A program made the position numbers and the translations under genes. The notes under the pieces are model-generated. The model was not told the origin of the DNA. It did no database searches and saw only the letters and a program-made list of their open reading frames with translations. From positions 1-37,193 of the forward strand of contig DCTU01000378.1 in the NCBI GenBank assembly GCA_002329445.1: a stretch of 37,193 nucleotides of DNA. The letters run 5' to 3'. The DNA is from a bacterium UBP9_UBA1432 (GTDB taxonomy: Bacteria; Vulcanimicrobiota; Xenobia; Xenobiales; Xenobiaceae). Shown here in pieces: positions 32,220 to 37,193 of the stretch; position 1 is the stretch's first letter; every line of letters begins with the position of its first letter.

Positions 32220-35200
32220 ACTCTGCAAAGCCTGCGCCCTCCGAATCGGACTGCAGACGCTCGAAGAGGATCTCGATGCGCTCCGAAACATCGCGGAAGC
32301 GGATATCCACGGCGTAACACTCCTGATAGGCCTGGAGGGCCTCGTTGAAGCGCCCTTCCTCCTCCAGGACCTGGCCGAGGTTGTAGCGCAGGTCCAACAA
32401 GTCCTCGTCCATGAACCCGGGCTGGTCCAGGGCCTTGAGGAACTGGCGGATGGCCAGGTCCCGGTACCCCTTCTCCTTGAAGGCCAAAGCCAGGTGGTTG
32501 ACTGCCAGCAGCATCTTGCCCGGATCCCGAGAGGCCCGGTAGAACTCCTGGATGGCCTCCTCCAGGAAGCCCATCTGTCGATAGAACTCACCCATCTTGA
32601 TCTGGGAACCGGCATCCTCGGGCGAATAGCCCACAGCCTGCCGATACTCGCTGACGATCCGGCCGACCAGGCCCTTGGCGAAGATCTGACGAGCCACGCC
32701 GGCCGCCTCTTCCAGGCGCTCCTGCCGGGCATAGATGATGGCCACCCGCGAGAGGGCCCCGGCACAACCAGGTTCCTTCTGAAGGACCTCGTCGTAGTAG
32801 GGGCGCGCCTCTTCGAAGTGCTCGGCGTTGAAGAGCAGGTCGCCGATCCGCTCCAGGACCCGGGGTTCCTCGCCGGAGCGACGGCCGATCTCCTCCAGGA
32901 CGGGCCGTGCCGCCTCCACTCCCCGATAGGCCAGGACCAGTTCGGCCAGCCGGAACAACAGACCCAGGCCGTGCTCGACCCGTTGATGGTTCAAGGCCAG
33001 GTCGGCGGCCCGGCGGCAATAGGCGATGGCCTGCTCGTGCTCGCCCAGCTCCAGGTAGCGGGTGGAGATGGCTTCAACCAGCTCCAGTGCGCGGTCCCAC
33101 TCCTCCATCCTCTCCATGATCCCGGCCAGACGGTCCTTGACGATCAAGGAGATGCCCTTGCGGCCCTGATCCAGGAAGGACTCTTCCAGGCGCTCGATGC
33201 GGGAGATGCCCTCGGGCACGTTCTTGTGGCGGAAGAACCCGTCGATCAGCTTGACGAAAAGGGGATCGGTGCGTTCCTTGCGCCCTCGGACCAGATACTG
33301 CTCCAGGGTGTGCAGATACTGCTCCTGGGCCTCCTTCCAATCCTCCGCCTCCACCAGCTCGTCGGCCACGCGCTCACGGTACTCCAGGGCAGTTTCCCAC
33401 TGCTGGTTGTCTTCAAAGGTCCGCGAGAGGGTCCAGAAGACCTGGATCACGTGCTCGTGATCGCCCCGGCCCTTGTAGGTGGAGGCCAACTCCTCCATCA
33501 GCTTCTGGCCCTCTTCCAGGAAGCCGGCCTTCAGGAACATCTCACCCAGCCGCTGGCGGAGTTCCAGGTTCAGCGGCTGGAGGTTGACGATCTCACGCAC
33601 GCACAAGCGGGCCTCGTCGATCTCGCCGCGGTCCAGGTGGATGCCGAGCAGCATCCGATAGTGCTCGGTCGCCTCGTCGAAGCGGAGGTTCCTGGTCAGC
33701 AACTGGATCAACTGACGCCGATGGGGGATATCCTTGGGCTCGAGCTCGAGGATCCGGTTGAGAACTCGCTGGGCCACCTCGGGGAGATTCTGCAACAGGT
33801 AGACCTTGGCCAGTTGCGAAAACTGCTCGAGGGCCTGCGCGGTCTGGCCGTGCTCTGCCCAGATATGGCCCAGTCGATAACGGGCATTGAGGTTCTCCGG
33901 GTCGATCTCCAGCAGGCGGCTATAGATGTCTGCTGCCGACGTGGCATTCCCCTCGCTGTGGAAACGACCGGCCAGGACCAGCATGCCCTCTCGGGCTCGC
34001 TCCAACTTGCCCTGGCACGCCACCTCGTGGGACAGGCGCAGCCGGATCTCGACGTCCGCAGGATGATAGGCCAGAAGTTCGCGGTAGAGGCGCTCCGCCT
34101 CCTGATGGTTTCCCGTGGCAGAAACCGACTCCGCCATCTGGTAGACCTCCTGGCGCGCCTGGGCCAGGTCTCCTGACATCAGGTAGTTGTGGACGATCCC
34201 GTCCAGATACTGCTGCTTCTCATCCATGTCGTCGGGGAGGTGCAGGACCATCTCACGCAGACGGTCCATCTGTCCGGTGGCCTCGAACTTCTGCAGGAGC
34301 AGGCGCAGGAAGGAGCGTTTCTCGGGGTCGGCGGGGTCCAGGGCATGGATGTCGCGCTCGGCGTCCTCCAGGCGGTTGGCGTTGAGGTAGGCCTGGATGA
34401 TCCGGCGTCGATAGCGGGGACGGATTTCGTCCTCCAGCGAGAGGCGGCCAACCTCCTCCGCAGCCCGATCGATGTCTCCGCTCTGCAGATAGGCCTCGAT
34501 CAACTGCCCCATGAAGGAGTTGCGCGCCGGATCCGCCTCGGGAAGGCGCTCGATCTCCCGGATGGCCTCGGAAAGCCGGTTTGCCGTCAACAAGCCGGAG
34601 ATCTGCCGGCCCAGGAAGTCCGGACGCGACTCGTCCGCCTCTGGAAGACGAGCCAGCTCGGCCGCCGCCTCCTCCAATCGGCCGGATTCCTGGTAGGAGC
34701 CGATCAAACGCCTCTGAAAGGAGAGACGGAGGGGATCCTCGGCGGGAAGCCGGTTGATCAACTCGGCCGCCGTCTCGAGGTTCCCCGAGCTGAGATACAT
34801 CTCCATCAGACGGGTGACCAGCCGGTTGCGCTCCTTGTCTGAGCGCGGCACCAGGGGCATGGCGGCGTCGGCCTTCTGCAGGTCATTGGCATCCAGGTAG
34901 CGCTTGATCAGGTCCTTGCGAAAGCCGACCTTGCGCTCGTCCTCGTCGGCCAGGCCGTCCAGGTGGCGTTCCACCTCCTCCAGGTGCCCCTCCGCCAGCT
35001 CCTTCTCGATCAGGCGGCAAAGGAGGTTGCTGCGCTCAGAGTCCTCCTCGGGCAACGCCTGGATCTCCCGGAGGGCCTCGTCGCGTCGGCCGGACTCCAG
35101 GCAATACTTGACCAGACGCTTGCGCACATCCAAGCGACCAGGCTCCTGGGCCAGCACCGTGCGATAGGTCTCGACCGCCTCCTCCCAGCGGTCCAGCGCG

Positions 35201-36603
35201 GAATACTCCTCGGCCAGGTACACCCGGGCCAGCAGATCCTCCGGACGCTCCCCCAGCAACCGCAGCAATTCGCGAACAGCACCTTCGTGGTCCCCCTGTC
35301 CCCGCAGGGTCAGGGCCACCTGATACTGCAGGTCAGAAGCCTCGGGGAACAACTCGACCAGGCGATGCTGGAAGTCCATCGCGGCGCTCTCGTCCCCGGC
35401 GTCCTGGTACAGTCGGACCACCTGCTGGAACTCGGTCAGGGCCTCCGAGTTCATGTCCTTCTTTCGGTAGACCTCCCCCATCAGCTTGCGGGCTTCGATG
35501 TTCCCGGGGTCCAACTCCAGCAGCTTCCGGGCCACGGGCAGGGCCTCTTCGATCATGCCCCGCTCCAGATGTGAACGAGCCAGCGCCAGTTGCTGCTCGC
35601 CGGCCTCCGCGGTCATGCCCCGGCGCAGGAGATTCTCGACCAGCCGCAGGCGCACCGAGGTGTTCGACGGGTCGCGAGCCAGGATGTTGCGGTAGATGTC
35701 GATGACCTGGTTGCGGGCTTCCTCGTTCTGGGGGTCACAATCCAGCAGCTTCTCATAGAAGCCGATCACCTTGTCGAGCAGCCCCTCTTCCTGGTAGATC
35801 CCGGCGAGGGTGCGATAGGTCTCGACTGCCTGCTCGGTCCGCCCCTCCGAGGCGTAGATCTCGGCCAGCTTGACCAGGATGTCCTTGTTTCGAGACTCGT
35901 ATTCCAGGATGCGCTCATAGGTCCGGATGGCGTCCACCATCTGCTTGCGCTGCATGTACAGCTCGCCCGCATTGCGAAACCAGACCACGGTCGTCTGGGG
36001 TTGCCGGCCGGCCCGGATGAAGACCTCGCCCAACATCTCGTAGGCCTGGGCCGCCTCGTTGGGCGCCAGCCGGACGACCTCCTGGAACTCGCCGATGGCT
36101 TCCTTGTCCTTGCCCTGGGCCATGAGGGCCCGGCCCAGAGCCATGTGGGTATCCCATCGACCGGGATCGATGTCCAGGCTGGAGCGGAGCCAGGCCACGG
36201 ACTCGTCGTGGTCTCCCTTGTCCAGATAGAACCGCCCGATCCGCGAGAAGATCTCGGGTTTGACCTGGGCCACCCGACTCTGGATCTCGGAAGCCTCTTC
36301 GCCGCCGAACCCCTTCTTGCGCACGCTCTGTTCCAGGTTGACGATGATCTTGTAGCGCTCGATCGCCTGGTCGACCTCGCCCTGTGCGGCGAAGAGCTCC
36401 GCCAGGGCCATGCACTGGCTGACCACCTCGCCATAGTCGCCCCGACGGGTGGCTGCCTCCAGGATGTGGTCCCGAAGCTGAACATCCTCCGGAGCCAGCT
36501 CCAGGGCCTGGCCATAGGCCGCCATGGCCTGATCCCAACGGTTCTGGGTGGCCAACTGGTCCCCTTGCTGGATCAACGTGTCGATCTTCTTGCGGTCTGC
36601 CAT
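32182..36603 (-). CDS. Giant all-TPR repeat protein (1473 aa), cytoplasmic scaffold type
   Basis: ATG at 36603 has ggagaag just upstream. The sequence is helical repeat throughout, with classic TPR signatures (AIERYKIIVNLE, AIGEFQEVVRLAPNEAAQAYEMLGEVF, ALEYRERV...). There is no signal peptide or TM segment. GC3 is high across the whole ORF. Confidence 0.9.
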   Translation of the reverse strand: MADRKKIDTLIQQGDQLATQNRWDQAMAAYGQALELAPEDVQLRDHILEAATRRGDYGEVVSQCMALAELFAAQGEVDQAIERYKIIVNLEQSVRKKGFGGEEASEIQSRVAQVKPEIFSRIGRFYLDKGDHDESVAWLRSSLDIDPGRWDTHMALGRALMAQGKDKEAIGEFQEVVRLAPNEAAQAYEMLGEVFIRAGRQPQTTVVWFRNAGELYMQRKQMVDAIRTYERILEYESRNKDILVKLAEIYASEGRTEQAVETYRTLAGIYQEEGLLDKVIGFYEKLLDCDPQNEEARNQVIDIYRNILARDPSNTSVRLRLVENLLRRGMTAEAGEQQLALARSHLERGMIEEALPVARKLLELDPGNIEARKLMGEVYRKKDMNSEALTEFQQVVRLYQDAGDESAAMDFQHRLVELFPEASDLQYQVALTLRGQGDHEGAVRELLRLLGERPEDLLARVYLAEEYSALDRWEEAVETYRTVLAQEPGRLDVRKRLVKYCLESGRRDEALREIQALPEEDSERSNLLCRLIEKELAEGHLEEVERHLDGLADEDERKVGFRKDLIKRYLDANDLQKADAAMPLVPRSDKERNRLVTRLMEMYLSSGNLETAAELINRLPAEDPLRLSFQRRLIGSYQESGRLEEAAAELARLPEADESRPDFLGRQISGLLTANRLSEAIREIERLPEADPARNSFMGQLIEAYLQSGDIDRAAEEVGRLSLEDEIRPRYRRRIIQAYLNANRLEDAERDIHALDPADPEKRSFLRLLLQKFEATGQMDRLREMVLHLPDDMDEKQQYLDGIVHNYLMSGDLAQARQEVYQMAESVSATGNHQEAERLYRELLAYHPADVEIRLRLSHEVACQGKLERAREGMLVLAGRFHSEGNATSAADIYSRLLEIDPENLNARYRLGHIWAEHGQTAQALEQFSQLAKVYLLQNLPEVAQRVLNRILELEPKDIPHRRQLIQLLTRNLRFDEATEHYRMLLGIHLDRGEIDEARLCVREIVNLQPLNLELRQRLGEMFLKAGFLEEGQKLMEELASTYKGRGDHEHVIQVFWTLSRTFEDNQQWETALEYRERVADELVEAEDWKEAQEQYLHTLEQYLVRGRKERTDPLFVKLIDGFFRHKNVPEGISRIERLEESFLDQGRKGISLIVKDRLAGIMERMEEWDRALELVEAISTRYLELGEHEQAIAYCRRAADLALNHQRVEHGLGLLFRLAELVLAYRGVEAARPVLEEIGRRSGEEPRVLERIGDLLFNAEHFEEARPYYDEVLQKEPGCAGALSRVAIIYARQERLEEAAGVARQIFAKGLVGRIVSEYRQAVGYSPEDAGSQIKMGEFYRQMGFLEEAIQEFYRASRDPGKMLLAVNHLALAFKEKGYRDLAIRQFLKALDQPGFMDEDLLDLRYNLGQVLEEEGRFNEALQAYQECYAVDIRFRDVSERIEILFERLQSDSEGAGFAEYGESADNWGREV
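34138..35121 (-). repeat. In-register array of nine to ten 34-aa TPR-like units with their own consensus, inside the giant TPR gene
   Basis: The anchors ALPEED, GLADED, LVPRSD, RLPAED, RLPEAD, RLPEAD, RLSLED, ALDPAD and HLPDDM recur at exactly 34-aa spacing (aa 516, 550, 584 ... 788). The unit consensus is roughly RLPxxDxxRxxFxxxLIxxYLxxGxLxxAxxEI. Confidence 0.65.
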
Positions 36604-36646
36604 GTCTTCTCCGGTCTGCGCTCAGTTGGGGTCAAGGAGACGGGCC

Positions 36647-37193
36647 TCAGACTCCCCGTCGGGGCGGCAGTCGGGGGGTCTTCCCGCTGCCTCCCCCCGC
36701 GATCTCCTCCTGGAGCAGCCTCACCCACTCGTCGACGTCGCGATAGGCGACATCGACCGCCAGGATGTCCTTGAGCTCGGTCAGCGCCTCCTGGATGCGA
36801 TGGTTCTGGTACAGGAGCATCGCCAGGTTGTAACGCAGCTCGAGGTAGTCCTGCTCGGCGTGCCCTTTGGTCTCCAGACCCCGGCGGAACTGGCGGACAG
36901 CCAGGTCCAGGCCGAAGCGGGGGTTCCGGGCGAACGCCAGCCCCAGCATGTTGTAGGAACGCAGTTCGTGGTCCCGGTCGGAACGGGTCTTCTGGAACTG
37001 CTCGACGGCGTCCTCGACCCGGTTGAGGAAGTAGCAGACCTCTCCGTAGACGAACCGGGTGGTCCAGTCCGTCGGATCGGCCCCGATCCTCTCCTTGTAT
37101 TCGCCGAGGATCCGATCCCGAGAGGCCTGCCCCGCCTCGGGCTGGACCTCGACCAGCCGGTTGAGGACCTCGGCGGCCTCGCGGGCCTTCCGT
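36647..37193 (-). CDS. C-terminal part of a second TPR protein (5' end outside the window)
   Basis: My hand translation shows the frame open from the window edge (RKAREAAEVLNRLVEVQPEAG...) through the listed 100-aa ORF to the stop at 36647. Its last ~130 aa are clearly homologous to the C-terminus of the giant TPR protein (LELRYNLAMLLYQNHRIQEALTELKDILAVDVAYRDV versus LDLRYNLGQVLEEEGRFNEALQAYQECYAVDIRFRDV). Confidence 0.8.
   Translation of the reverse strand, partial: RKAREAAEVLNRLVEVQPEAGQASRDRILGEYKERIGADPTDWTTRFVYGEVCYFLNRVEDAVEQFQKTRSDRDHELRSYNMLGLAFARNPRFGLDLAVRQFRRGLETKGHAEQDYLELRYNLAMLLYQNHRIQEALTELKDILAVDVAYRDVDEWVRLLQEEIAGGGSGKTPRLPPRRGV

Noticed and set aside
32494-36774. Plus-strand ORFs 32494..34176, 34189..34842, 34963..35574 and 35590..36774 opposite the giant TPR gene.
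   Set aside because: The minus-strand 1473-aa frame is uninterrupted and TPR-like throughout. The plus-strand products are Leu/Gln/Gly/Asp-rich mirror translations.
1-37193. Search for CRISPR arrays, tRNA/rRNA genes, IS elements, integrases, prophage or toxin-antitoxin modules, and an MglA-like small GTPase.
   Set aside because: None was found. There are no spaced direct repeats, no cloverleaf-sized non-coding gaps (the largest intergenic regions are about 250, 190 and 160 bp) and no transposase/integrase-like or GTPase P-loop (GxxxxGK[ST] plus DxxG) ORFs other than adk and the ATPase.

Overview
High-GC (about two-thirds G+C by eye), densely coding bacterial chromosomal segment. I count about 28 CDS, mostly in tight operons with overlapping stop/start codons. 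I saw no rRNA, tRNA, CRISPR array, transposase or integrase. Long ORFs on the opposite strand of real genes are the usual high-GC shadow ORFs. Left part, 0.5-4.1 kb (+): a translationally coupled trio of a B12-type radical SAM enzyme, a GNAT::ICMT-methyltransferase fusion and a UPF0104 flippase-like membrane protein. It converges head-on with an 11-kb, eight-gene minus-strand envelope operon (15154 down to 4108). That operon encodes two membrane-anchored Walker-A-less DnaB-C/RecA-like proteins, an SGNH hydrolase, a probable dead MBL-fold protein, two paralogous large polytopic membrane proteins, a secreted CBM48-GH13 amylase-family enzyme and a polyprenyl-phosphate-type GT2. Centre, 15.4-22 kb: a short-LID adenylate kinase with an N-terminal extension, a divergent pair of radical SAM enzymes (one PqqD/RRE-rSAM-SPASM) with no visible precursor gene, a Zn/Cd-type P1B ATPase and a cytoplasmic C39-like cysteine peptidase. 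Right part, 22-37 kb: a signalling/scaffold locus with an O-antigen-ligase::TPR fusion, a TPR::Roadblock protein, a GAF-PAS histidine kinase, a CheY-like receiver, a Roadblock/MglB-like protein, two unknown proteins (one beta-propeller-like), a PATAN/DUF4388-like protein, a Pro/Glu-rich membrane protein carrying five DP[WF]KxLL motifs, a 1473-aa all-TPR protein and a further TPR protein. No MglA-like GTPase is present in the window. The best candidates for undescribed biology are the envelope operon with its pseudo-enzymes, the orphan radical SAM pair, and the GTPase-less Roadblock/PATAN/TPR locus. All functional calls rest on motif recognition by eye. Start codons are my best choice within the supplied ORFs.
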